In this document: positions 13,266 through 27,412 of the stretch, piece after piece
Numbering within the stretch: position 1 is the stretch's first letter
Layout of the letters: every line of letters begins with the position of its first letter
Assembly: GCF_037042905.1 (NCBI RefSeq)
Contig: NC_087251.1
Coordinates: 10,232,001 to 10,296,000, forward strand
Source of the DNA: Lytechinus pictus
Taxonomy: Eukaryota
Direction of reading: 5' to 3'
Length of the DNA: 64,000 nt
Translations under genes and position numbers: made by a program
Notes under the pieces: model-generated
Told to the model about the DNA's origin: nothing
The model's input: the letters and a program-made list of their open reading frames with translations, nothing else
Databases searched by the model: none

Positions 13266-16200
13266 GATGGGTCTAAAAGAAAATAAAAATATAACAGATC
13301 ATGATTAGAAAATAAAATCGAACAAGCGCGTGTTATATTCTTTATCCTCTTTATCATTGTGGTGAATGGTGTATTCTCTTAGTTTTTCTTTATCTTTTCT
13401 TCTTCTATTCTCTTTTTTTTTGTACGGAAAATAGCGTAGCCTCTCACAGTGGACCCACATAACCATTCGGGTAGATTTATGTGAAAAGATATACCAAATT
13501 TATTAATCTGGGTTGATAAATTCCTGGTGTATCCATGGTAACTGTTTGAAAAGATAATTTAGTACTAAATCATATTTCAATGGAGGTAAAATAAAAATCA
13601 ATAGAAACAGTTAGGATATGATACATAATAACATTAATGAAACGTTATGCAATTACCCATGTGTTAAGGTTAAGATTATCAACTCACTCGATTGGGCAAC
13701 GTGCATGAACTGCCTTATAGATCTTCCTTCGATAGGAAATCTTCAGATAAAACACCTTTGTCTGTCAATATATATCACATTAAACAACATTTAAACATTA
13801 TAGCCTGATTCCAAACGTATATTCTCCTTAAATCCATTATAAATTCCATTATGTAGGTTGCTACAGTATATTTCCACGCGAAGGCATAATGTTCCTGTGT
13901 GCTCTCAATAACATTTTGAACAACATATGGCTCTTATGACCACAATTTCCCCCCTCCTCCGCTTTTGTCGAAGACAGGTTGTTAAACCCTGATCACATGG
14001 GGTGTCAGGGGCTATATGTGGATTTTATTCATTAAGAACCCCAATTCCTAATTGGACCCCTCTCGACTCATCCCGGTCGATAATGGGAACCTCTTCTTAT
14101 AGTGCTTGATTTCTTGCTTCGGTCTTTTTCACTTGAGGTGTTAGGGGTATTATCCTTAGAAGAAAGACATCTCGCACGGTGATGTTGAATGGCTAATTAT
14201 TCTGGACACAGCTAAAGAATACCCAGAAGAAGAATAGTATGTTGTAAGGGCGGATTAGTCCTTAACACCGAGGGAAGAAAAGAAAAGAAAACAGGGATTG
14301 GAATGCACGAATAGATTGTACTCGAACCCAAGAGATCATAGGTTCACAGTACGTTTTACCCCCTTTCTTCAGACCCTTGCCCCTTCTCTATACTCAATAT
14401 GAACAGGAAGTTTTTGAAGGGGTAACGCGCGCGCTTCTAAAATAGGAAGAAGATTATAGTAGCCTCTGCATTGTGTCATTAATTGACACTTTGATCAATA
14501 CAAGCACCATGTGAATATTGGTTTACACAAAGATTACAAGGAATAATAGGATGTATGTTTTGGCATATTGTAGTCGGCACTCTACAGTCGCATTATGGCT
14601 CACGCAAATGTCCAAGTCGAATGATGTGTGGTAAAATAATATGCCAGTTACGTACCCATCCCAATTTGGGCACTGGAATTTTAGTGAATAACCTTTTACA
14701 TCGTGAATATATTCCTAAAATTGCTAAAGGTGTCTTATCAATTCTGATTTCGTATGTTTCCAGATATGGTCTCCGTGTGTGGATAGACCGTTATAATATC
14801 CGTGAAATCTACGGTAGATGAGAAGATTCCACAAAACAAATGACGTCACAATGGACATAAAATGATTCTATAAGACATTTTAGTCTGAAAATACTTATGT
14901 AAACGATGTTTTCTTTTTGAATGGTTGATTACTTTAGTTCGTATGATGACCTTATTACCTGATGGTAAATACATTTTGTATCGGTTTTACTGTTTAACAG
15001 GGGAATGGGTCGATAGAAATGATGGTGATCATTAGTACACATTCATCGAATAGATTTAGCATCAATCATTGAATGCATTACATTATAAAGAGATGATATA
15101 TATATATATATATATATAAGTTTTTTTTATATGGTTCCACTTCGATCTCGATAGGTAACGCGAAAACATGACACGCAACAGTGAGATCGAATACTCGACA
15201 GGATATAGCTGAGCTCTTTAAGCACGGGCGATCAGTTTTCTTTTTTGCTTTTTCTTGTAATTCTGGTAAAGAAGGGAATTGATGGAAAGCCCCTCCGGTC
15301 GTCACGGTTAATCTCTTCTTTTGTTGATACCTCGTAAATAAGAGTTTGAAAGTTGTTTCCCCTCCGTTCCCTTTCACCTTTCTTTTCTCTTTCTACCTTA
15401 TGAGCCTTGTTGCTTGACGGTGTGTTATAAGCTGACCGGTGGGTTATTCTAGGACGGTGTTATACGGGTTGGGATTTAAAATGGCGGAGTATTGTGGATA
15501 GCTGGTGCATAACTCTTAACTATCTGGTGTGAACACTCATCTTTTTTTTCGAAAGCGATCGACCGAGAAAAGACTAAGAATCTGAGTAAGAATCTTCGTT
15601 TCATACTTCCTTCCGTTGTTGAAGTCAACAAATTAGACATCTTCATTTCAAATGGCAAACAATGGCATTGGACGAAAGAGAATATAGAAAGGAAATGATA
15701 GACAGAGAGTGATAGATAAAAAGTGGTTAACGATTGGCAAATTCAGAGAGGTATTTCTCTTATAATGACTAAACAAACTTACACAGTATACATGCAAAAG
15801 AAACAAAAATATTCAATGTAGAGGCTAATGACCACTCATTGATATTAAGAACAGATTTATAATAGATTTTGTAAGCGGAGATAATTTATTGTCCTGACCA
15901 TCATTTTCTTTATCATTAATGTCATAATCCTATATGCATATATTATTTTTACGGTATTTTCATAGATATCAATGAGGCGTATTACCTTCATAGGGCCAAT
16001 GCACATGTATACACAACTGGTGACCAATTCGTGCGCTATTTTTTACCATGAACATGGTGGGTGACTTTCCTACATAGTCTTTGCAATCAGATGCATGTTA
16101 ACAACAGTAACTATTTGATCTACAAACATCGGATTTCAAGCTCTGAAATTTTTAACGAGGATGTATAAAACATCTCAATATTCTCGCCTGTAATGTATTA

Positions 16201-17007
16201 TATCAATAGATATTATGATCGTCTTTAACGACTCAGCGAAAACAATAGAAATATTATCATTCTACATTAAATCAATAATGATAAATGTTACACTATACAA
16301 ATGCGAGATTCCATTTCCAATGTGTTTAATACACTTTAATAATATAAATTGCCATCATATATAATGAATATAAACTATCATTACGTTAAAATGAATTGTT
16401 ATTTCGCACGTAACTATTACTTTTAATGTTATAATTTCAACGACACTGACACTTTCTTAAAGTGTTTCTATAAAAAAAGGAAACAAAATAACTCTGAGAT
16501 TTTCATCAAAATGGATGTGAAATGAGAAAGTACATTCTTTCCAATATAGTTGTTTGCTAAGTTGTTCATAGCAAAAACGGGCAGTAAGTAAATAAGGGAA
16601 CAATGTCGTCACCTACTCACTATTTGAATTCTCTCCTGTAAAACATGATTTTCTCCCATAAAACAATGGGAATCTCCACTTAGTGTAAATTATTCTATTT
16701 CATTCAAGAACGGTACTATCAAATCTATAAAAGAACAAAATACTCATATTTCATGAGAAATAATGCAAAAGAAATATTAAGTGTCATCTCTCTCATGTGC
16801 ATATCATCCCTATTTGTGAAATCAAGCGAAAGATAAATGTTGCAAATATACCAACTTTACCTCTGACTTTGATGAAATAGTTTGTGATAAGCTTATTGAT
16901 TCTTCTATTTTCCTTCAAATCAACATTTTGATTTGGCGCTTTGTCTTTTAAATTCAAGACATTAAGATAGTCAATGAAAAATATAATGTTCATCTATTGG
17001 CACTTAA

Positions 17008-17404
17008 AGGTGAATGCCAGTTGTGGTAACGATATCAAAATGAGTTCGTACAGAATCCAATGAAATGACCACCAAAGTGTCTGTTTGTATAAATGAAAAA
17101 TATGTGCCAAAGGATTCTGGAAGAAATTGTGTAATTGCTGAGAAATTAGCAAATAAGCACGGATTCGGGTCAAGCGTCGGGCCGACATTCAAAGCAATAA
17201 TAATACACTGTCCCACGTGCGCTTATCTGTGTTGGTATTCTTCACTGTGAACATTTTTCAGCGTAGATTTCAAGATTTCACAAAGTTCACTTTATGTAAT
17301 TGTACCAGATCTAGATTATCGATGATATACTGACAATTAAGCCTGGTTTTACAGACTTTCTCATGAAATCAGTGTTTACTGCAACAACTGCATGGCATTT
17401 CTCT
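17008..17404. mobile_element. Kolobok-like non-autonomous DNA transposon
   Basis: TTAA|AGGTGAATGCCA...TGGCATTTCTCT|TTAA; imperfect TIR with TTAA on both sides. Confidence 0.7.
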
Positions 17405-20400
17405 TTAAAAGGAAACATGACTTATGTTTTGTATCCGCAGGCATTATTATGTATGATTAAACAACATATGTATTTTTCTCTCAATCCATTTTCACAAATA
17501 TAAAGTTTCAAACATTTTTCCGCACATGCAATAAGAACAAAATTGAATTTGGAAATACCAGGAATCATTCTTCATTCTAATTGGAAACAAATGAAATGGA
17601 CCACATTTTAGTAAATGGGTATAAACAGGAAGATTTAAACACTTTTTCATCTTCAAACTTGATGTAGCATGAAAGTAGGGCTCTCAGATCCGTCTCATCC
17701 ATCCATGGTTTGTCAAAGGACATAAACAGAACAAGACATTCAAGGGTTAAAATTGCCTTGCCTCTCTCTTTCTAAAGTTTTGTTGAACTTCGTGATTTTG
17801 CTTCAGGTTTCTGTTTGGACCCAAGGGGAAGCACGGAACGCTATTAAGATAAACAAGGCATAAACTGATGCCGGCCACGCCGAAGGCAACAAATAATTTA
17901 ATATTTCATACGTTCCATTAAAGTGTAATAACTTTTAAATCTACCTGTTTGGCATGGTTGTTATTCTTCAGATCGAGAACTCCCCAAAGTTGGGGGGCCT
18001 TTGAAGACGAACCTGAAGACACTAATAAAAGGAATGGAAATCAGGTGGGCATACCGGTGTACTATCGTCACGTCTCACCTGACATCAAAAGGTAGAAAGT
18101 CATTCTCTCCATCTTTCCTTTCATCATCTTGGTTTTGGAAATATGGAAAGGAATAAATCTTCCGCGGTGGTTCGACCTGTAGGTCAACAGGTAAAGCATG
18201 TAGGGCGGTATCAAGACAGGGAGCGGGTGGCGTTTCCCGTCAAATGATTTGATGGACGATAAAAACACACATTGAAGGAAAATGTGAAAGTGGTAGATGA
18301 TACATTGAACTGAATTCGAACAGATTTGATACGTCCTTATATGAAAAGGGAGAATATTGAGAAAAGACGAAAGAATCAAGCGACGATTTTTTATGTAAGT
18401 CTGAATATCCATTAAAAAATATTACCTATAAATGAAAAAAAAATAATAATCTGAGTGATGATACACCACATCCGCATTAAAATGTGAATAGAAAATAAGC
18501 ATGATAATCCAAAACAGCAAACTACCCTCTCACAAAGATAGCAATTTTTATATAGCAAATGAAAAATTACAAATAATAAAGATCTATTTCACCGATTACA
18601 CATATAAATTGGTATTTGATATCGTCCATCAAATGATTTTAGATACTATAGGGAAAAACCCTATTACTCGATCTTACGAAAGAAGAATGTGCACATAGAA
18701 TGATGCATTGCAAATGTTTGGGTGCAACGAAGATCTAAGCCATTGTCATATTTTTCTTGGCGAGTTCATAAAGCATTTGATATTAAGCGGTGTCAGGATC
18801 AAGGCTAAGGAATATGCGGGAGGGATTCTTGACAAGAAGAACGTCCTAAATCTATCGATAGCACACAACGTATCCTTGCCATTTTCGGAATCTTATCAAA
18901 GGATTTTTTTTAAATCTCAACGCAGTTTAAAATTGGTCATAAAAATAGCAATCATTTTGTACGACTCATATTACCCTGTGTATGGAAGTATAACCCGCGT
19001 TAAAGATTTGAACTTGATACGAAGACCAGTTGTGTTTGGGAGGAGTGAATAGGGGGGTAATAAAAGACCCCCTTTTGTTTTGTAATTGACAAGTCTGGTA
19101 GATGAAAGGGAGCCGTTGGAGACACGCAGTCTGGCCTGCCTTCTTGTTTCCCCGTAGTGAGACGTGTGTTACAATGTATATCAGTGAGTTTTTTCCACGC
19201 TGTATACCAGCACTAAACCTGAATTGACTGGGCCTTTAGTCCTGGCCATTCAATGTGATGTAACATAATGCTCGGGATACTGTAAGTAACTGTAACGTGA
19301 TAGAGAAAAAGCCCATTCGCCACCTGGTTTTGAATGTGTTCAGTGGACGATGTAATCACAGAGTTCAGAGGACAGTAGACCCATTGTCATGGTCAATGGC
19401 TTCGGGTGTTACTGGACAAAAAAAACCTTCACACCCGAATCATAAAGAATAAGTATTAAAGTTAACACTTTGCTATAGTACTCTTGTGTTTCAGCGAGTT
19501 TTTGAGGGTAAGCCAAAAATTACTTGTCATGAATTATGTAGGTTTTACTTTTAACGATGTCAAATATTACCGTACTTTCAATATTCCAAATAATACAGAC
19601 TGTAGAAGATATACTCATATATTTCAAACGTTTTCAAACGTTTTATTTGATTGCGTATCTACATTCTTCTTCCTTAAAACGATGTTTTCAGCAAGAAAAT
19701 TGTAAGTTTTCATTATTTAGAAGCACGTCAATGCAGCCACCATATTAATGATTCAATCCTCAAAAGAAGTTCCCTGTGTACTGTATCAAAACTTGAAACA
19801 TGTTATAATGAGTCATACGAATTGCGTATAACAACCCCAACTGAACATTTTCTGGGTGATTCAAATTCGTTGCCATTAAACCAGTGTTTATCTTATCAAC
19901 AAAACTTGAGATCGTCAATGACTGGATGGATTGAACAGACCTCCAATGCGATCGGGCTCGGAAAGTAAAATGTCTTGAGTAGGGTTACGTTCAACACCTT
20001 GGTAGCTCCAGCACCACTGCTATACTACCTACACACCTGGGGTAAAATCCTTGCTGAGTTTTTATAGCGAATCACAAATCCCCAGATGATACAGGCGAAA
20101 AAGAGAGGAAAAAGGCCCCTCTCGACTTTTAATTGTAACAGAGTGAAATCAAATATCCAGGTATTTTTGTGAGGGAGTCCGTTGGCACTCAGGTGCGCCA
20201 TGCACCTGACACACTTTTTCCCCCTGTTGCCAACTCTCACGCCATACCAGGCATCACCGGCGTTGTTTTTCCATCTTCCATCGAGCACACACGAACCCCC
20301 ATTTGGTAGTATACATAAACCATCGCAGTTCGCAGGTGGGGACGACAGCTAGGCGGCAATCAGACTCTTTATTCCTCGGTAAGTCTGCCGATGATTTACA

Positions 20401-22106
20401 TTGACCCCTAGATGTCAGTGAAATTGGGTTTTTGCCCGGACATTTTATTCCCTACAAACTCATCTATCCCCTCGCCCCATAGCCCCCCCCCCCCGCAAAT
20501 TTCATAAGCTATATACACTCACGAACAATACTCCGCTTGGGTCGACCTAGGTCTGACAAATAACGTTTTCGATGAAACGTTTATTTGAGTAGGGAGATGC
20601 TTCTCCAAACTCTGGTCTGATTTGGAGCAGGAATCTCTCTCCTCTTTTGCCCGCTTGTCACTCATCTCCCGATCCCGACGATGGGTTACCGACCAAAGAT
20701 GGCAGAGAGGGGGAGAGAGAGACGGATCTTTATTTCCTACTCCAATACAAGCACACCTGCCTCTTTGAAAGAATGCCGACATTTTCTCCTCTCCCCCTCA
20801 AATTGGAGATGATCTATTTATTTGTTCATCCATCGGAATTTTTGCCCCCCTCTCTTTGCCTAAATCTCCCTCACTCGGAGACTTATCCGGGGACTTTTGG
20901 TTTGATCCGGGGGTAATACACCTGCCGAATGGATACATCTTGTGGGCAAAATTTCTGCTCTATATTCTTTCCCTGTATTCTCTCAACCGGCATGAGAGTA
21001 TCTTTACACCTGTATCAAGTTTGCTTGCAGTATCTTATCGGTATTACCTCTCCGTATTGTCAAAACTCAATTATTGCTTATTGCTTGAAACAAAAATATG
21101 GAACAAAGGGAGAAAAACAAGATCAGAAGGAATACGTGTAATCTTAAAATACGGAGAGAATCTGTGAACAGCAAATCCAGACAATCACAATAAAGCTCTA
21201 TGTCTGGTCGAAACGCGGATTGAATGGGTAAGATAGGGTTGTGCTATTAGCCAGTCTGTGCCAGCTTTTCACCACTGATTGAGGATCATCAAAGAGCGAA
21301 GACAAAAAAATTGACGGGTAGGAAAGGGTGTCCAATAAATCTGTTACAATGGGTCACAATTGCCAGCTTGTAGAGTGTGTTAAAACACATAGGATGAGTA
21401 AGATTTTTTGATTGCTAGAAAGGAAATGAACTCATAGATTACCGGGCTCTCGATTCATCGTCTGCCAGCTACTGAGTTGCGGCTGGATCAGGCTTTGCCT
21501 ATGTACAATAACTGAGATGGACATGTCCTACCTCAACCCCTTCACGATTTGAGTTTTCAACAACAATCGCCTATGTGATGAGTGTTCGAATAGTACAGCT
21601 GTTTCAGGTTATAAGCCCCCATTATCAACCCACGTCTGTGTACCTTAAATGATAATCATTATTCATACAGACTCCATAATGACCAATGCCTCATTTAGAG
21701 ATGAATGCATGAATAATGATTTTAAAAAGTTAATTATAACATCAATAATCATTTAATTATTTGAAATGACCAATGAATAGATTTTAACTGTAAAGTCAAA
21801 TAACTAATTCATGCTGCACTTTCAGTCCATTCTGAAGGAGTTTTGGGAACACCATAGTACTTCATGGCAGATGAATGAAGAGGATGCGTGCCACTTTATA
21901 CAAGTCACAGACTCACTCAGTCAGCATCCGAAAAGGAAATGAAATAAATTCAGTTGAATTATTATTCACACCGGGTATCCAGGGCAATGTCTAGATGAAG
22001 ACTTCTCTCTTTGCTGCACACTGACTCAATCTACTATGAAGAAAACACATTAATACATTATAATAAATCAAAGAGCAAATTAATAATGGGGAAATAGTTT
22101 GCTTAC

Positions 22107-23520
22107 CGTGGTGCGAATAAAATGATAGTCCAAAAGTGGGATAAGGTCCCAGATTGATATGACAGTGTGCTTAAGGTATCGTTACAAGGAGTTTGTACCA
22201 GGATCCAGTAGCACTGTAAGTCCCCCAGAACGGGGGCGATGGTCGAAGGTACAGTGGTCTGTTTCGTATCGTGAGTATAAAATCCAATCTATAAGTCCGT
22301 AAGTGGATTGAGACGAACTGGCATCGGACGATGGTGTTTGGTTTTTTCTTTCAACCAAATAGTATTGAACACACGTCGACCCTGGCTGTTAGCCTTGCTT
22401 TGTGACGATAATGATGATCACGATGAGAGTCACGGTTAAGTCCAGGTGTAACAGCCAATTAACCGCAGGCATGCGCCGCGGGCTAACCTTAAATACACAC
22501 TCCCACAATAGTGATGCACATATGCCAATCAAACAACTTCAAAAGTTTTCCTCTCCTCTTGTCATTAATGTTATGGAGGCGGATCGTTACAGTAGATATT
22601 AAAAATATTAAAAAGAATTTTTTTGTGACCATTTCTTGCTGCGCCGGGCAAAGTTGGTGACTAGCCCTGGCAACGTTGGTTAAGGCCTTTGATGTACAGC
22701 GAGCGAAACGATGCAGCTACATGACCAATCTACATCCATGTGCATTCAACCCACTCTCTTGACGCAAATAGAGAGAAAGTCGTCAAGATTCGACACAATT
22801 CGCGAGGGCCTCTGGGCTGCATTAAAGTGTAGAGAAGAATCAGCAATGCTACTACAATTTCCGAGTTCTCACGCTGCTCATAGAGAAGAGAGAAGAATGA
22901 AGAAGAGGGAATGCCCCCCGTTTGAGAGCCATCCTCTTGTCATTGAAGCCTGCTTAAAATCAAAATCAGGGATTGTCTGCTTTCAAGAACACCCATGTGT
23001 GTATTAAGACGATAGCAAGAAATCCAACAAAACCCCTTTCTCGACGAATCCTTCCTTCAAATTGACGATCAAAAAGAAATGTGAAACTTTCCTTTATTAT
23101 GTCATATCCTGTCAGTTGTCAGACGGACGAAAACCGTCAAAAATTACGCGCTTCCCGTTCTTTTGAACAATCGTTAACCTCAAGTAGTTGAAGAAATGTC
23201 ATTTTCTTTCAAATATTTAGATACTGAAGCCTAAGATTGGAAGATCAAGGCCGTTCCAAAATCACATCACCAGACGCAAAAGCCCAAATCAGCGGGTTCC
23301 GAATAAATTGGGCAATAATCAATCTCAATGTTTGGACAAATATTTGATCCAAGTTTAAATCGTCAGTGTCTAGGAGTATACAGATTAAAATCTGCCTGGC
23401 TAGATTATTGTTTCCCTGCCTCAGTTACAAGCTCACTGAAACCTCTGCCTTTTGATACATATCAACTCTCGAGCTTTAGAAGTCAGGCGAAGCTGTAAGA
23501 GATCGAAAGAGAAAAGTCAG
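22107..23520 (-). other. bmp2/4: Candidate non-coding first exon / 5' UTR of bmp2/4 (5' boundary uncertain)
   Basis: Good donor CACG|GTAAGC at 22106, followed upstream by repeat-free, CpG-richer sequence running to a promoter-like block at ~23540. No transcript evidence. Confidence 0.4.
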
Positions 23521-23529
23521 TGAAAAAAA

Positions 23530-23720
23530 GTTAGGGACGAGGCTCCGCCTACCGAGCGCTTTGATTGGTTGATTGTCTAGTGATATTTTTTTGCGGTTCA
23601 GCGGGCAGTTCCGTCAATAGTCACCCCCATATAACTATCTCCCTGTGTACTTTTACTAATGGATAATGCAAACGCACGGGAGTTGCGTGCTGTGCGGTGA
23701 CACGCCACGACTCTTTTATG
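23530..23720 (-). promoter_or_regulatory. Candidate bmp2/4 promoter
   Basis: CCAAT box (plus-strand gattggttgattg ~23563-23575), GC-box-like AGGCGGAGCC (~23541-23550) and local CpG enrichment. Confidence 0.35.
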
Positions 23721-26700
23721 TGACAACCTTGCTGCTCGCAGGAGAACAGTAAAAATCTAGATATGTTTCAAGATATTGTGAGTATACCTTGGGGTATCTT
23801 GCCTAGAAGCATCCAGTTGTCTTTTAAAGAATATACCTGTGTACCTTCCTCACTATGCTATGCTGTAGACCGATCCTTAATTTGACAGACTTCGCTCAAA
23901 TTAGAACGTGGGAACCTGGAACAATAGAATCGGATGCAATGAGAAGTTAATCACCGTCGGAACGCATCAGGGGGGCATCCGCGTACCCGTTTCATTTGAG
24001 ACTACATGGTTGCAACATGTTTCAACAAACACATATTTCCTACATATGGCCTGAAAAACCATCAATTATTTGTACTTATAAAGCATTACTTGTGAGAATG
24101 ACAACCCTTTCAACAAAACGATAAATAGTGAAGGTCCTATAAACAAAGGTAAACGTGTCTCTCTGACTCCCAAATAATGTTGACATTTGCCAATTATGAA
24201 AATAACGGACACTTTTTTTTTAATGTACTCCACTTTTTCGAAATAATATTTTGCAAAGAATATTTCCCAATCAAAAGCTCTCCAGTCCATGTGTGAAAAA
24301 CTTATGAATAAAATTTAATTAATATATTAAAAAGAAAATGTAACAATCATACAACTATTTTTATAATCCTTTGTGTATTCTCTCCTTTTCCCATTTAATT
24401 TCGCCCCTCTCCCCTATTACTCTCCTTCTTTCTTTTTACCCCTTATAATTTCCCCGTCACCCTCATTCCCCTTTCCCCTCTCGCTTCCTCCCTCACCCCT
24501 TAATTTCCACTTTTGTCGACATGTCTTGTGTTTTACATTGTGTTCTCTCCTAACCCTTCCCCATTTCCCTTCTTCATTGTTCTATCACTATTCGCACATA
24601 ATAGCCAATAGCTTTTATATTTTTCTCTATTTCCCATTTCTCATCTTATATTGAATTCATTCAATGGGGGAGGGTCTCTCCTCTCTATGTTATCACCCTC
24701 CCTCACTACTTCCTTCACCCATCCCCTTAACCCCTCTTCATTTTTCTCACATCCACTCTTCCATACACCTTTCCTCCATTCCCCCCTTGCATTTGTTATT
24801 CTGTCTCCATTGGTTTACAATTGGAACAAAGAGTTAGGAAGGTTCAACGACTTGCTGCTACTACGAATTACTATAGGACTCTGGTTCCAATCCTCCAGGC
24901 ATTAATAAAGGCAATAATATCCTCACCTGTTAGCCCCACCATTTGCTTATTTTAACGCGTTAAATCCACATTCAGCTCATTTTCACAATGATATTATATC
25001 ATTGTAGCACGTTCGATAAACCTAGGACATTCATGTCTTTTAGGTAAAAACAAAATTAAATTGTCGTGCAGCCATGCAGTGTATTTGGGACTGTATGAGC
25101 AATTCAGAAGGTAGTGAATTAAAAAAAAAACATTCGAAGATTCATTAAAATAAAGGGGAAATTGCTTATGCTTATCATGCTTTTAATTGTCGATATCAAG
25201 ATCTATGTCAAACTCCTTGGCAAGATAGAAAATTAATAATTGATATGTACATGTAGTGGTCGAGTATTGCTAAAGCCTATACCTCTTTTATATATATTTA
25301 CACAAAACTAATTATTATCTGTATTGTTTTTCATTACACTGCAATGCGAGAGAGCGCGCAATAAACCTTTTTTACTCTATTGTTTTATACCTTTATTTCT
25401 TTTCTTTGTTTTCGTTTTAAGTGTTTTTTATTATTATCAGGGAATGCAGTACAAGCCAATTCCCACCAAAATCAATTGGGGGACAACTCGCCCCCCCCCC
25501 CCTCGTCAGATAACCTTATGGACAGTCATCACTAAGTCCAACCTAGTGCGGTTCAGTTGTGTATCCAATGACAAACCATGCTTTGGATCTGTTTGTTCTT
25601 TATCATATTTATAGGTACTTTTATTCTAAATAAATTTTCATGGAAAACACATACTGATTAGCATTAATTTCATAGCACCAATTTCCTATTTCATATCCAT
25701 GTTAGCACCATGGAATTCAACCATGATTTATATGAAGATCAAACAAAGAAAGATATCAAGATATTGCATTTATAACTTGGTATCTTTTGACAATCGCTGA
25801 ATTAACAGTGGATCAGTTAATCTTAACACTTTAGTTACTACTTTATAATCGCATAACCATCAAAGAATATGAGATAGAAAAGTGTCTGAAACAAAACACT
25901 TCGGTCATGCTACCACTTACAAATAGAAATTCCATAATTCGAATGTCTTCTAGATGGCATGTGGGGTATTAGGGTATATTGAATTACACATGAGTAGACT
26001 GGATATATAAAAAGGAAAAGGACATTTTTAACATAAGAGGAGATTTCTATGAAACATCCATTGCATCGCTAGACACGCGAATGTTTCCTATGTCAACATA
26101 CTTGGTTTCCCCCCTGCTTCGATTCTGGTTGGTCTATAGTACATTTCGTAAAGGACATGAAGTTAAGACACAATCGATTTTATTCAATGTGAACTTAATT
26201 TAAAGAAGATATGGGTATTGAAATGATTATGAATTTTACCAAAATAAACCAGAAATGTTTTAAGGTAAAACGATGATGTAATATCAGATATCATTTCATT
26301 ACAAATGCAATTAAAAGCACCAAACAGTAACGAAAATAGTTTAAACTAAGGGAAAATGAAATGGGGGAAAAGGTGACATTGATGTAATTGATACTTAGAT
26401 AATTATGTTTGAACAAGACTCGATGACAGTCTTTCGAAATGTCAAATGGATCAAATTTCTCATAAAGTTATGTCGCCCTCTTTGTTGACTGTCAGTGTAG
26501 TTTTGTTTATTTTAATTCCCAACGATTTCTCTTTCATTATTAAATTTAATCAGCGAATGTAATGCACATTTACATTATTCACAAATTACGTTATCGTTTT
26601 AATGAATTAATCCACCTCCCATTTGTTGATCTTACGCAAGAAAAAAAATATGGTGCTGATGAAACAAAATCAGGATGATATTTTATGGGGTTGCACGACG

Positions 26701-26924
26701 GTTTTTTCGTTCATGATGTAAAAAAAACATTAAAGTAAGGCAATATAAACGCAATGCTTCCTTAAACTGCAATCAATGGTTTTGTAAATTCATGTGAGTG
26801 ATCGATGGAGTGTTTGAACATTTTATAATGGAATCTTGGCATAGTACATTTATTTTTAATGTTTGTTGAAGAGAAAGTTTCACATTTTTTGTTTTGCATC
26901 TATCCACGCTTTGGTTATCGCCTG

Positions 26925-27162
26925 CGCTGGCGTACAGAATGGGGGCTAGCGGGGCACAGACCTCAGGAAGGAAAAGGAAATGAGAAAGGGTGAAATATGA
27001 TGCTATTTTCAGAACATTGTCAGAATCCATCGCAAATTTAATTTTGGTAATCAAAAAGTGAAACTTTTTTGCTCGCTCTGTTCGCTGGCTCACAGCATCA
27101 TAGAAATTCGGCATAATACACCGTGTCTGCCCCCCTTGTTATGCTCATGATATACGCCACTT
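26925..27162. mobile_element. hAT-like non-autonomous element
   Basis: TGGCGTA...TACGCCA termini; 8-bp TSD ATCGCCTG / GTCGCCTG (7/8). Confidence 0.75.
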
Positions 27163-27364
27163 GTCGCCTGTACCTGGGTTTCACCTTTCCCCTGTTTGGA
27201 AAGGTATTTTCTGAATGGGTGGTATATACAAGCCAGTCATCGAATATAGTGAGTCGAGGACATAGTGTTGCTATAATAATACGTTATATTGAGAGAGGGG
27301 GAGAGAGGTATATACCATATAAAAAAGGGCCATCAGAGAAAAAGAAAACAAAATGATGGAGAGT

Positions 27365-27365
27365 A

Positions 27366-27411
<46 letters not shown>
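27365..27411. repeat. (GAAA)n(GATA)n microsatellite
   Basis: Direct inspection. Confidence 0.9.

Positions 27412-27412
<1 letters not shown>

Noticed and set aside
18068..19052. 114-aa ORFs / RT remnant (KAFD near 18770)
   Set aside because: A single short motif with no continuous homology.
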